40,851 bases of DNA from Terriglobia bacterium (lineage in GTDB: Bacteria; Acidobacteriota; Terriglobia; UBA7540), in the NCBI GenBank assembly GCA_050745285.1, contig JBOGJX010000301.1:1-40851 (forward strand), read 5' to 3'. This document shows, one piece after another, positions 8,947 to 17,950 of this stretch (positions within the stretch are counted from its first letter, which is position 1; every line of letters begins with the position of its first letter). The translations under genes were made by a program, and so were the position numbers. Below the pieces are notes generated by a model, which was not told where the DNA came from, ran no database searches, and worked only from the letters and a program-made list of their open reading frames with translations.

Positions 8947-9879
8947 TTAGGGCTGACGATAGACCTTTCCTACCTGATCACCGACAGGTCTCGCGGGATC
9001 TGCAAGCCCGTTGAATTTCACCTTCACCGTGGTGGCCTTCTCCCGGGAAAACGGCATTGAAAGTGCTTGAGCCTGATAGGAGCAGTATAGCTGGCTCACT
9101 ACGAATTTTCCGGGGGCCTCGACGCGGGGTGAAACGATTGCGACCGACATCCGGGGCACTAGCATCAATCCGCCAAACGAGATCTCTTCATAATTCTGGC
9201 AACCTGCTGGCAATCCAACGTCGGCGCCTGATGCGAAAAGGCCGTTTGCGATAAAGGCCTTGAATTTCGCATAGTCAGTCTCCATGATTTCGGCTTCAAT
9301 GGATTGCTCCTCTGCTGTAAGGCGGGCATCGATCGGAGCCGCTACTTGGTCTGCAATCAGTGCCTCAATCTTGGGTGACCAAACGATGGTGGTTGCACCG
9401 GAGACTGCACCCGCAAAGAGCGGACCCGCCGTGTTGGACGGCGGCGGACTTATTCCCACCGTGCTGAGGCCGGCCGCGGGCAGTGTCCACTTCTGGCCTA
9501 ACGGTACTGGCGAGGAGTTCTGAAGCCTCTCGGCGCCGGAAGAGCTTGCCACATAAATGTTGTAACCAGTTGAATTCCCGGAAGGGGCAGGCGACTCGGC
9601 AACAAGCAGACTTCCTAGTGCGACCGCGAGGCTCGCTTCCGTTGACGGCGTTGTTTCACCCAAGGCGTTTACGTACGTCAGCACCACGTAATACGTGGTA
9701 GATGGGAGCGTCCCGCCTGATACTGATAAGAGGGCACCGGCGGAAGGAGGAGTCAGCGCCGGGGCTGCAGGATTTCCATTTACATCAATCAACAGGCGTG
9801 AGCCGGAGGCCGGGACTTGGACTCCGAGCCAAAGGCTTCCCGGGCCCTGATGAATCTTCGTGCGGTCAACGGACGTCAT
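8947..9879 (-). CDS. Major tail (tube) protein with inserted Ig/Fn3-like domain
   Basis: 310 aa, GGAGG SD; siphovirus tube-like TKIHQGPGSLW...GAVSGATTIVWSP..IADQ...FSREKATTVKVKFNGLAD; no sheath gene present. Confidence 0.75.
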   Translation of the reverse strand: MTSVDRTKIHQGPGSLWLGVQVPASGSRLLIDVNGNPAAPALTPPSAGALLSVSGGTLPSTTYYVVLTYVNALGETTPSTEASLAVALGSLLVAESPAPSGNSTGYNIYVASSSGAERLQNSSPVPLGQKWTLPAAGLSTVGISPPPSNTAGPLFAGAVSGATTIVWSPKIEALIADQVAAPIDARLTAEEQSIEAEIMETDYAKFKAFIANGLFASGADVGLPAGCQNYEEISFGGLMLVPRMSVAIVSPRVEAPGKFVVSQLYCSYQAQALSMPFSREKATTVKVKFNGLADPARPVGDQVGKVYRQP

Positions 9880-9948
9880 TTCAAAACCTCCGGCAGCCCC
9901 CGCTTTGGAGTTTGTTGAGTCATGATCACGAGCCGCCGATTCCGGTAT

Positions 9949-10482
9949 TTACGTCTCTTGTAGCTTGAAAACTAGGTTTACTGCAACGCGCATCACCGGA
10001 ACATCAATGCCGGCCTGGGTTGCCAAGCTATATCGATGAGACGCTACAAAGACATCCTTCACGGACCCTGCTCCTGGTGGCGCCGTCATCCCGCTTGGGA
10101 CGGTTTCGTGAATGACCGGAAGGGATGTCACCCAATCATCCCCGCTCGCCGAGCTGATTACCATGTCAACGACCCGAGCATAGTCCTGAGCATTATCCTG
10201 CGTTAGCTCCTGGTCGAATTGGCCGGTGTCGAGGGTTAGCGTCAACGTGGTGCGCCAAGCTCGGGTCCATGGCGAGGTAACATCGAACTCCGTCTGGTCT
10301 GCAGACAACGTCAACCACGGGAAAGCGGTTCGAAGCCCCGGTCCCTTGTGAAATTCATTAATGGGCGGAAGGACCGGATTTACCATGGTGATGGCAGAGA
10401 GCTGATCGCGTTGAATGATTGCGATGGTCTGGTTCAGAAGGGGCTTCGAGAATGTCGCATTCCACGCTGGCATGTAGGTCAT
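9949..10482 (-). CDS. Tail terminator / completion-like protein
   Basis: About 177 aa directly before the tail tube gene; alternative start at 10497 abuts the upstream stop. Confidence 0.55.
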   Translation of the reverse strand: MTYMPAWNATFSKPLLNQTIAIIQRDQLSAITMVNPVLPPINEFHKGPGLRTAFPWLTLSADQTEFDVTSPWTRAWRTTLTLTLDTGQFDQELTQDNAQDYARVVDMVISSASGDDWVTSLPVIHETVPSGMTAPPGAGSVKDVFVASHRYSLATQAGIDVPVMRVAVNLVFKLQET

Positions 10483-10497
10483 TGTTCCGCCCTTCAT

Positions 10498-11037
10498 TTA
10501 CCTGCGGTCGAACTTTCCGAAAAAATTCGACATCCCGCTTTCCGCTGAGGTTTGGTTCTTAAACTGATCCCCTCCGGCAATGCCAATCAGTCCCGGGCGC
10601 GGCGACGCAGTGGCTGATTGCGGATCGAAAAGGTGATCGTACAATCCAACGCTTCCCGGCTCCCCCTTGCCGCTGGTAGCGCTAAGCTCCTCAGTTAAGC
10701 TCTTGAATTCTGACTGAAAATCAATGGCAAGCCGTTCCGCTGAGGCCACGCCGAAGGTTGAAAGGACCTGCCCGAGCTGCCCAGCCGCTCCATAGCGATT
10801 GATCTTCTCCAGAGCGTTCTGGGCGTCCTTTGAAAACGCGCCTTGGAACGCCGCGAAATTTCCGGAGTATGTATCCGTGATGACCTGTCCAAACCGTCGT
10901 TGCAGGATGGCGTCCATATCTCCGGCGGCGTCATCAATAAACTGTTGAATGAGCGTGTCGGCTGGCCTCTGCTGTGGCGTTCCGCGCTGGAATGCAGGAA
11001 ACATGCCCGCGACGTTGGTAATGGTCGTATAGCTCAT
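10498..11037 (-). CDS. Head-tail adaptor (Mu gp36 / gp6-like)
   Basis: 179 aa starting MSYTTITNV...IQQFIDDAAGDMDAILQRRF, the typical adaptor N-terminal pattern. Confidence 0.75.
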   Translation of the reverse strand: MSYTTITNVAGMFPAFQRGTPQQRPADTLIQQFIDDAAGDMDAILQRRFGQVITDTYSGNFAAFQGAFSKDAQNALEKINRYGAAGQLGQVLSTFGVASAERLAIDFQSEFKSLTEELSATSGKGEPGSVGLYDHLFDPQSATASPRPGLIGIAGGDQFKNQTSAESGMSNFFGKFDRR

Positions 11038-11094
11038 AACGGAAGCCCTCAGCGATTTACCATCAGCAAGCAGCCGTTAGCTGACGGCTGATGG

Positions 11095-11361
11095 CTAATA
11101 CTCGACAATCAGGTTGCAACTCGTCCCGGCGCCATCGGATGAGATGTAAACGTTGTTGGCGTCGGCTGGTTGAACCTCATGAAAGCCACCTGCGGAGGTA
11201 GGCTCAATCATGATATTGATCGGAATAGACGGTAGCCCATGAGGGACCGTGTTAGCGGCGTTTGCTGCGAGGCCCGCGACCACCAATTTTGCCTTCCGGA
11301 TATAGACCCCTTGTAGCGTTTGGTCGAGATATTCGTAATGTGACGTCACACTGATTGCCAT
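11095..11361 (-). CDS. Small virion protein, putative head fibre/decoration domain
   Basis: 88 aa from ATG 11361 with AGGAG SD; TVPHGLPSIP domain similar to the C-terminus of the 1154-1783 protein. Confidence 0.55.
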   Translation of the reverse strand: MAISVTSHYEYLDQTLQGVYIRKAKLVVAGLAANAANTVPHGLPSIPINIMIEPTSAGGFHEVQPADANNVYISSDGAGTSCNLIVEY

Positions 11362-11433
11362 ATGATCTCCTGATCGGAACTCACAATTGTCAGTTGGGCC
11401 CGCGAAGGTCGGCGGATCGACCAAGCCGGGCTT

Positions 11434-11670
11434 CTACCTGTTGATTTCGGCGGTTGACCCAGATTTGGTTGCCTTTGTCTTCGGCGGCATGATTTGACCG
11501 CGTGTAAATTGGGTGGCGACACTCTCTGGCAGGGTGATCACACCGCTCCCATCGACTGGGATTTCGGATCCATTGCCAGCACTCCTCGTGTTCGCAGGGC
11601 CCTTGTGAGATCCTGGGACGTAGAGCTTGCCGTTGTATTCAATGGGTCGAAGGACTGTGAATTGAGCCAT
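11434..11670 (-). CDS. Small head-associated protein following the capsid gene
   Basis: 78 aa, GGAGG SD; FTVLRPIEYNGKLYVPG N-terminus and basic tail typical of post-capsid small ORFs. Confidence 0.6.
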   Translation of the reverse strand: MAQFTVLRPIEYNGKLYVPGSHKGPANTRSAGNGSEIPVDGSGVITLPESVATQFTRGQIMPPKTKATKSGSTAEINR

Positions 11671-11697
11671 GATTCCTCCCAGTTGTAAATCTCATGC

Positions 11698-11780
11698 GGT
11701 AGCGCGGACCTGCGTTTTTCAGGTCCGCGGCATTTGACGTTGACGAACCGCATACCTCAAAAACGAAGGTCTGCGCTACC
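11698..11780. repeat. Inverted GTAG-type REP pair (GTAGCGCAGACC family)
   Basis: GGTAGCGCGGACCTGCGTTTTTCAGGTCCGCGG ... GAAGGTCTGCGCTACC; relatives at 13576-13684, 27670-27768, 29232-29261. Confidence 0.75.
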
Positions 11781-11802
11781 TGCTAACCACGAACTACTGC
11801 TG

Positions 11803-12741
11803 TTAAGCGGTCGCTGAAAGAAATGCAAATCCAGCCTGGGCCGCCACGAGCTGGGTGTCATCGTAGCGGTGCACCTCAATAACATCGGCCGTCTTTGATT
11901 CCACGCGATAGCGCTTGGTCAGTGTCCCTCCAAGATCAGGGGCGCCAAACAGCCAGCGGAAGGTGTAGCCCAACGCGGGTTGCAGTCGTTGGGCCGAGGG
12001 TGGTACATATGCCAGTAACGCGCTCTTGCCCCAGACGAATTGAAGATTCGGCGTTTGGCCTTCATTGGCCGTATCATACTCGGCGCCAATCACCCAGAAG
12101 TTATCCACGTCAAACACGCTCTTGAGGTGATCGGCTTGCAGTATGCCGACCTGAGTGTATTTGAAACGGTCGATGATCTTGGGGTGCTGCCGGAGCACTG
12201 AATAAACTGGATAGCTCACCGCCATCGTGTTGGGCGTCTTCGCGATAGCCTGTTTGATGACGGTTTTCTGCGCCTCAACGGCTGCGATCGGGTCGGAATT
12301 TATATAATCCGACCACTGTGAAGTCCCGGCGAGCGTAGCATTCGGAATGGTGGTTCCCGGCCCCAAGACCATATTCATGACGCGAATTTCAAGATCAAGC
12401 AAGATGGCGTCAGTAAGATTCTGCACCGTTGTAATCTCGAGGTCGGCATCCTCCGAACCCGATCGCTCCTCGTCGGAAATGGAGTCCTTCAGCGAATGAT
12501 CGTTGCAGAAATATGGGCTATTTGAGAGCGACCAGGGTGCAATCTCACGGCTCTCGGCCTTGGGTTCACGGATGGTCTCGTAGCGATGGAACTTCTCTTT
12601 TCCGAAAATCCAGTACCGGCCTGAGCGCTGTTTCACCGGGACAGGTGGCAGAAGCTTCTCCGCAAAGTAGTCGTCGTTCGTATAGCCAACGCTCACGTTA
12701 TTGAGCGGCTGGTCCAGATATTGAAGTGAAATGTCCGCCAT
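11803..12741 (-). CDS. Major capsid protein
   Basis: 312 aa, GGAGG SD; DQPLNNVSVGY.N, LPPVPVKQRSGRY, QWSDYINSDPI, LRQHPKII, LGYTF motifs of major-capsid-E-like proteins. Confidence 0.88.
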   Translation of the reverse strand: MADISLQYLDQPLNNVSVGYTNDDYFAEKLLPPVPVKQRSGRYWIFGKEKFHRYETIREPKAESREIAPWSLSNSPYFCNDHSLKDSISDEERSGSEDADLEITTVQNLTDAILLDLEIRVMNMVLGPGTTIPNATLAGTSQWSDYINSDPIAAVEAQKTVIKQAIAKTPNTMAVSYPVYSVLRQHPKIIDRFKYTQVGILQADHLKSVFDVDNFWVIGAEYDTANEGQTPNLQFVWGKSALLAYVPPSAQRLQPALGYTFRWLFGAPDLGGTLTKRYRVESKTADVIEVHRYDDTQLVAAQAGFAFLSATA

Positions 12742-12749
12742 TCAATCCT

Positions 12750-12811
12750 CCATTGATTCATTGATTTATCGGTTCAATGAATGAATGATCCAATGAACCA
12801 ATGATTCAATT
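12750..12811. repeat. Degenerate 8-mer tandem repeats in inverted arms (CATTGATT / CAATGAAC)
   Basis: ccattgattcattgatt...caatgaatgaatgatccaatgaaccaatgattcaat; same type at ~34398-34459 upstream of accD. Confidence 0.6.
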
Positions 12812-12929
12812 TCCGGGCGATCCTCTGGGCGCGCCAGCGGAACTGAAGCCCTCAGCCGTCAGCCGCTCGCCCGGCGGCCCTCCAGCCTTTGTCCGGATCC
12901 ACAGGATCACCCGGACCGCGTTGAAACCT

Positions 12930-13047
12930 CGGATTTCGGTTTTTGGGATTAGGGGCTCGGGATTCGCAGCTAGAGAAGGAAAGCCTCCGCGGCTCGCTTT
13001 CCCGAGCGGCGAAACCCGAATCCCGAATCCCGAGTCCCGAATCCCGG
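12930..13047. repeat. Heptamer tandem repeats (CCCGAAT)n in inverted arms
   Basis: cccgaatcccgaatcccgagtcccgaatcccgg with opposite arm gggattaggggctcgggattcg. Confidence 0.7.
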
Positions 13048-13050
13048 CCC

Positions 13051-13539
13051 TTAAGCAATCATCTGCGCGAAATTCAACAGCACTTCCACAATGTCGTTCG
13101 CGCTCTGGGTGCTGTTCTGCGCGACCCCCACGGAATTGATCTTCGCCCCTGCGGCAATGCTGAGATTCGCCGCATTGTTGACACGACCATAATTGTCCGC
13201 GACCATCAGCACGTCACCTTGATTCACAGCACCCGCCGCGATGCATCGCGCAATACCATTCACCTGCAGCGTCATGCCCCGCCCGGTCAAGTTATAGAGT
13301 ACGGGCGTAGTGCCAGTGACCGTGGTGGGATTCGTGGCTTGGGGCACGAAGTAGTTGGGTTCAACAAAGTGCTCCGTCAACACGCCTAGCACGCCGGGCA
13401 CATTGGGGGTTGCCGGCAGCATCGCATATTGCTGGTTCTGCGTGGTGTCCGTCGTGTCTTTTACGAGCACCGAGAATTTGTAAATGCGCGCGTTAGCCTG
13501 GGATCGAAATGCAACTGCCAATCCATTGATTCCTGCCAT
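13051..13539 (-). CDS. Capsid cement/decoration protein (DUF2190-like)
   Basis: 162 aa from ATG 13539 with AGGAGG SD; GIARCIAAGAVNQGD.L..D..GR and GVAQ....ANDIVEVLL motifs; between protease and capsid genes. Confidence 0.75.
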   Translation of the reverse strand: MAGINGLAVAFRSQANARIYKFSVLVKDTTDTTQNQQYAMLPATPNVPGVLGVLTEHFVEPNYFVPQATNPTTVTGTTPVLYNLTGRGMTLQVNGIARCIAAGAVNQGDVLMVADNYGRVNNAANLSIAAGAKINSVGVAQNSTQSANDIVEVLLNFAQMIA

Positions 13540-13575
13540 TTTTCCTCCTAATGGGACGCCACCCGCTCCGCCCAT

Positions 13576-13684
13576 GTGGCGCAGACCTGCGTTTTTCAAG
13601 TCTGCGCCATTTAAGATTCACAAAGCTCGTGTAGGCATTTGGGATTCACAAGCCGCAGACCTCAACGGCGGAGGTCTGCGCTAC
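13576..13684. repeat. Inverted REP pair (GTAGCGCAGACC family)
   Basis: GTGGCGCAGACCTGCGTTTTTCAAGTCTGCGCC ... GCCGCAGACCTCAACGGCGGAGGTCTGCGCTAC. Confidence 0.75.
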
Positions 13685-13711
13685 ACAACTTTGACGTGGC
13701 CCATTGCGGGG

Positions 13712-15208
13712 CTACATTTGTTGTTGTCCCGGCGCCTCCAAGGGTGCGGGGTTTGTGTGTTTGCGCCGGTACTGCTCCCCGAGAGATGGGTTGGACGAGA
13801 GAAACTCCTTCAGTGCCTTTGCATAATCCAGGCCTCGCTCATCCATGAGCCGCTTGACGCCTAGATGAACTTCCTCGTCCACCGGGAGTACTTCTCCCGA
13901 TCCGATGCCTTTTGTTCCGAGCCGGACCACCGGCGCCGCGTTCCGCGCATACTCCTGGAACTCTTTTGGCCGTTCCATGGCATCGCGGAAAAAGAAAGCC
14001 CGATCGCGGGGAAGGATTTTCCCCGAGGCTACGGCGGACTCGATCAACCTCTCAGCTTCCTGCGCGTGGATGTATTCTCCCAAGCTGATCTTTCCTGATT
14101 CGGCGAGCTCGCTCGCACGCTGAGAGTCGATCCTCCCTTTGCGCACGGCTTCCTGTAGAAAGAGGGTCCTGCGATGGGCCGCACGGGCTTCAACCTTGAG
14201 CGTCTGTGCGTTTGTCCCGTCGTCATCGGCCTGGCTCTCTTCGCTATCCTCCTGTTGATCAGGATTCACTCCCAGGTGTTTCGCGGCGTATTCGGCGAGT
14301 TCAGGGTGCGATATAAAGCCCAATGGTTCCTGGTTTCCCTCTTCGTAAACCGCGTGACTTCCGGACTGTTCTTCGCCTTCAGGGACTGGCCTAAGCGATA
14401 ATTTCTTCATATTTTTCACTCCTTCAGGATGCAACAGCCTCGAACCGCTATCGGATTGAGAACGGGCTTTGCCCGCGGCCACAACCTTACCGCCGCTTAG
14501 CATGATTGGCGGCAGTTCCTCCAAAAAGGGATGGTTCGTGAGCGCGCCAGACGTAAGCGTGGCACCTTGAGGTTTCCCCGTGTCTTTGTCCGTTGCTCCC
14601 CAGTCGATGGCTGGAGAAAAAAAACGGTATTCTGCGTTGTGAATCATCTGCTCCGCCTCCGGCGTCCACTCCACCAGTGCCAAGAGGGTTTCATGCCCAT
14701 TTCTTTCCACGCGCAGATCGTGAATCCATCCCGCCGCCGGGATCGGCCCTCCCATCGCGACTTCGGGCATTTCGCTCGCGTGCTCATAGTCAATCACGAC
14801 CATGTCATTCTTTCTCTTCTCGAAATTGGCCACCATTCGACGCAAATCATCAGCCGTAATGGAGAAAGAACAGTCTTTTACCCACGATCCCGTCACGGCG
14901 ACACTCAGCTCGCGGAGCTGCGCATTAGCACGGTGAAGCGCTGCGCCAGTGGGGGTCTCAACGGCGGGACCTAACCCGGAGAGCAGCACCGGAATACCAT
15001 ACTCAGAAACATGTTGTTTTCTGAACCGCGCTATCTCTTTTTGTTTCACGTCATGTTCCGCTGCGCGCGCGATCTGCTCGGCCCCATCCCGCTTCGTATC
15101 ACCCGGCAAATCAGCGTGCGCGAAGTCTCCCGTGCGTAGCTGGATTCCGTCGAGCGACTTGAAGTCTTGGTGTCTACCCATGTTTTCCTCATAGAGCCTG
15201 TGTGACAT
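13712..15208 (-). CDS. Mu-like prohead protease (gpI) fused to a scaffold region
   Basis: VIDYEH, PAAGWI, VEWT..A, EYRFFSP, GALTNHPF motifs of Mu-type protease; acidic helical C-terminal half; start may be 15181. Confidence 0.88.
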   Translation of the reverse strand: MSHRLYEENMGRHQDFKSLDGIQLRTGDFAHADLPGDTKRDGAEQIARAAEHDVKQKEIARFRKQHVSEYGIPVLLSGLGPAVETPTGAALHRANAQLRELSVAVTGSWVKDCSFSITADDLRRMVANFEKRKNDMVVIDYEHASEMPEVAMGGPIPAAGWIHDLRVERNGHETLLALVEWTPEAEQMIHNAEYRFFSPAIDWGATDKDTGKPQGATLTSGALTNHPFLEELPPIMLSGGKVVAAGKARSQSDSGSRLLHPEGVKNMKKLSLRPVPEGEEQSGSHAVYEEGNQEPLGFISHPELAEYAAKHLGVNPDQQEDSEESQADDDGTNAQTLKVEARAAHRRTLFLQEAVRKGRIDSQRASELAESGKISLGEYIHAQEAERLIESAVASGKILPRDRAFFFRDAMERPKEFQEYARNAAPVVRLGTKGIGSGEVLPVDEEVHLGVKRLMDERGLDYAKALKEFLSSNPSLGEQYRRKHTNPAPLEAPGQQQM

Positions 15209-15214
15209 CTCGGC

Positions 15215-15282
15215 TGTAGCGGCGGCGTCTCACAGCCGGACCTTGTTCTCAATAACTTCGGCGGGGAGACGCCGCCGCTACA
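15215..15282. repeat. Perfect 17-bp inverted GTAG-type REP pair
   Basis: TGTAGCGGCGGCGTCTC ... GAGACGCCGCCGCTACA between portal and protease genes. Confidence 0.8.
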
Positions 15283-15312
15283 ACGCCGCATTGGTGTTTT
15301 CACACAGACTCA

Positions 15313-16926
15313 TTACCCCTCAATATCCCCGGCGCCCCTTCCGGCGACAACCTGGCTCCCCTGCTCAATGGATTCGCCCCGGATTGCCACAATTCCCTCA
15401 TTGCTCTCTTCGGGCAGGGCAAACCGCTCCCGAATCACCCTGCGGATGTTCTTTTCACTTACAACCAAACCCTGTTGGGCCAGAGCGACCAGGTCGGCAG
15501 TAATTTCTCCCACACTTCTGGCCTGAACATTTGCGGGTATCAACCTTGGGCACGGCGCGTCGTCGCCAAAGTTAAGTGAAACAAGGCGGCGAATCGTTGA
15601 TTTGGTGATGTCCAGGGCGATCTGATCAGCCACGCTCTGCAGGCCCAGCATAAAGAAGTCTGCGGCGGTTCCTCCTAGCGCGCGGGAGCCATGCGCCGAC
15701 TGTCCGAGGTCCATGAACGTATTCAACGCGGCGCGCGAGATCATCTCGTTGTGGTGCTGAATGGAGGGCATCACGTCCCGGAGGTTTCCCTCATAGCCCG
15801 TGATGCGAAGTCCCGAGCGGGGTTCCCCAGGTGGCTCTACCAGACCCGCCGCCTCGTGAGCAGCGAGCTGAGTTACAAAGCTGTACGCCGCGGCTTTATC
15901 TTCGGCAGCAAACCCCGGCGATAAGCGGAAAACGGGAATCCCCAGCGCGTTTCGTTCGTTGGCGATGGCATCAATGCGATAAAGCTTCGATTTTACGTAC
16001 CAATGCGGATACATTGCGCGCTGCAATGCGATCCCCCAGAAGTTTGCTCCCTCCTGCTGGTAGGTGAAACGGCAGATTTTTCCCGCAGGTAACAAGACAT
16101 TAAGAAATTGATTCCCGCGATAGCCATATTGTTCAAGAGCCAGAAGCGTTTCACCGTCAGCTTCTGTGTGCCAACGATAGAATGTCACGGGCAGCCGCGC
16201 AGGGAGGGCCCGCAAGCGGATCCTCTCGCCATCAACAATCCAGACGTCCTCATGGATTGCACATCCGAAATCGAGCATCAGGAGGGCATTCCAGATGACG
16301 CTCTGCCATGACTGCGAAATCCAGCCACCGATGGAGCTCTTGAATTCGAGACCACCGAACAGGTTTTCCCGGACGAACTCGGTGATTTCCTTCGTCTTCG
16401 CGCTTGTCGCGTTGCCTTCGCCTGTCGAAGACACGGGGTTCCCGCCTTCGCGGGAACGACCGCTCCTTGGCTGAGCGCTGTCATTCCCCCGCAAGCGGGA
16501 ATCCCTTTCGGCGGGCGCCACTTCCCAGGCCGCCGAGAGGATTGGAAGCTTGCAGGCCATTAAGGTAGCGCGCACCTGCGCGTCAGAGCGGCGCATCTTC
16601 TCGTATATCGGGATCGCATTGCGTCCCATCAGTTCGGCGTTATATTCGCCGAGGTCAACGAGGTATCCACTCGTGATTGGCGTTCCACTTACGCCATAAG
16701 TCTTTTCAAGATCTCCCTGGGTCGCGGGAATCTTTATTCCGCCTGGTTCTAAGGTTGTGGCGGGCCGCAGAGGGGCCCATGACGCGCCGTTGACGGTTGC
16801 TGCGTGATCGGCAGCTTGATCGCTCAGGGCAACCGCGCGATCGATTCGCGCCTGAAGCGATTGCGCCTCCCGCATCAGCGCCTGCATCTGATGCCCGTTT
16901 CTCGAGCTGTGACCCTTTTCTGCCAT
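15313..16926 (-). CDS. Portal protein (Mu gp29 / DUF935-like)
   Basis: 537 aa; YEKMRRSDAQV, NFWGIALQRAMYPHW..K, ER...GIP, I.HHN..IS, GSRALG motifs; upstream of the protease gene. Confidence 0.88.
   Translation of the reverse strand: MAEKGHSSRNGHQMQALMREAQSLQARIDRAVALSDQAADHAATVNGASWAPLRPATTLEPGGIKIPATQGDLEKTYGVSGTPITSGYLVDLGEYNAELMGRNAIPIYEKMRRSDAQVRATLMACKLPILSAAWEVAPAERDSRLRGNDSAQPRSGRSREGGNPVSSTGEGNATSAKTKEITEFVRENLFGGLEFKSSIGGWISQSWQSVIWNALLMLDFGCAIHEDVWIVDGERIRLRALPARLPVTFYRWHTEADGETLLALEQYGYRGNQFLNVLLPAGKICRFTYQQEGANFWGIALQRAMYPHWYVKSKLYRIDAIANERNALGIPVFRLSPGFAAEDKAAAYSFVTQLAAHEAAGLVEPPGEPRSGLRITGYEGNLRDVMPSIQHHNEMISRAALNTFMDLGQSAHGSRALGGTAADFFMLGLQSVADQIALDITKSTIRRLVSLNFGDDAPCPRLIPANVQARSVGEITADLVALAQQGLVVSEKNIRRVIRERFALPEESNEGIVAIRGESIEQGSQVVAGRGAGDIEG
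16435..16504. repeat. Inverted pair of GTCATTCCCGCGAAGGCGGGAATCC-type palindromic repeats, in frame inside the portal gene
   Basis: GGGGTTCCCGCCTTCGCGGGAACGAC (16435-16460) and GTCATTCCCCCGCAAGCGGGAATCC (16480-16504). Confidence 0.8.
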
Positions 16927-16981
16927 GTTAAATTTTGGATCTCGAGTTCCAAATCTCCAATTTCGGATTTCTAATGTGAAA

Positions 16982-17791
16982 TCAGCTCGCCTTCCACGGC
17001 CTTCCCAGATGCCCCATCCACATATCTGGATTTGAGATTTCCGTCTGTTTGAGATATTCGTATGGCATCCAGAAGCACCCGTGGTCGCCCCATCCCGGAC
17101 CCCATGAGTTCTGAATATGGAACCTGGCCTTGTTATCGTCGTAGCCGCGAATCACCGCCGCGTGGCCTCCGAGGGGTGATTCTTCATGGTTGGGCATTCC
17201 GAGAATCCCGTCAGAACCGACCCCTTCAAAGGACGGGTAGACTGAGAATCCCAATAAGACGCCATATCCCGAGGCGAGCACGTACCGGGCGGTTTCTGCA
17301 TCCGGTACGCGGTGGTAGGCTCCGATTCGATGCGCATTAGCTTCCCTAAGATCTCTAGCGTTATCGTTCAAAGGAGCCGAAGAAAAGTCATTGGGAACAT
17401 AGGGGTCATCTTGTTCCGGGCAGACTCCCGTGTGAGCCAGCACATACATGACGTCACGAATCGAAGCACCACTGTCCGATTGGACCGTGTCATTCCAGGG
17501 AAGTTTCCGCTCTTGGTAATAGAGAAAGAGGCGACTTAGGTTTTCGTCTGGCGCTGAGTGGCTCGCGAATTTTCGCGCTAAAAAACGGCGGTACAAAACC
17601 CCGGAATTTGCCGTGCAGGATCCCAATGAACCTTGGTCGTATACAGGCAGATCGAGTCCCGTGAAGACATCCCCGCAGGAGGGAGCGGGCGCGCCAATCC
17701 CGAGATGAGGAAGTATGTTAATTCGATAGTCCCTCTTATCGTGCACATCGGCTGTTCTTCCCAATCCCTTTCCCAGTTTCGGTGTAATCAT
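16982..17791 (-). CDS. Papain-like cysteine peptidase (C1 family)
   Basis: YDQGSLGSCTANS (Gln/Cys), SRLFLYY, GGHA (His), QNSWGPGWGDHG (Asn); AAGGA SD. Confidence 0.92.
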   Translation of the reverse strand: MITPKLGKGLGRTADVHDKRDYRINILPHLGIGAPAPSCGDVFTGLDLPVYDQGSLGSCTANSGVLYRRFLARKFASHSAPDENLSRLFLYYQERKLPWNDTVQSDSGASIRDVMYVLAHTGVCPEQDDPYVPNDFSSAPLNDNARDLREANAHRIGAYHRVPDAETARYVLASGYGVLLGFSVYPSFEGVGSDGILGMPNHEESPLGGHAAVIRGYDDNKARFHIQNSWGPGWGDHGCFWMPYEYLKQTEISNPDMWMGHLGRPWKAS

Positions 17792-17950
17792 TTAGTTTCC
17801 TTTGGCGCCTATCCTTACTGTGCTAACTTCTCGTCAAAGCCGTTAAGTCATGGCCCCTCCGTCCCCATTCGATCTGTCGCGCGGAGATGTTGGGCCGCGG
17901 GAAAGCAGCGCTTTCCCTCGCGGTGAATGACGGCTACCAACACGCGCGGG

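Noticed and set aside
2416..11037. Tailocin or contractile injection system
   Set aside because: Capsid, portal and an intact terminase are present, and there is no sheath or baseplate wedge gene
12750..13047. Possible CRISPR array or structured ncRNA upstream of the capsid gene
   Set aside because: Only 7-8-nt degenerate tandem units; no constant repeat with unique spacers, no cas genes and no recognisable RNA family
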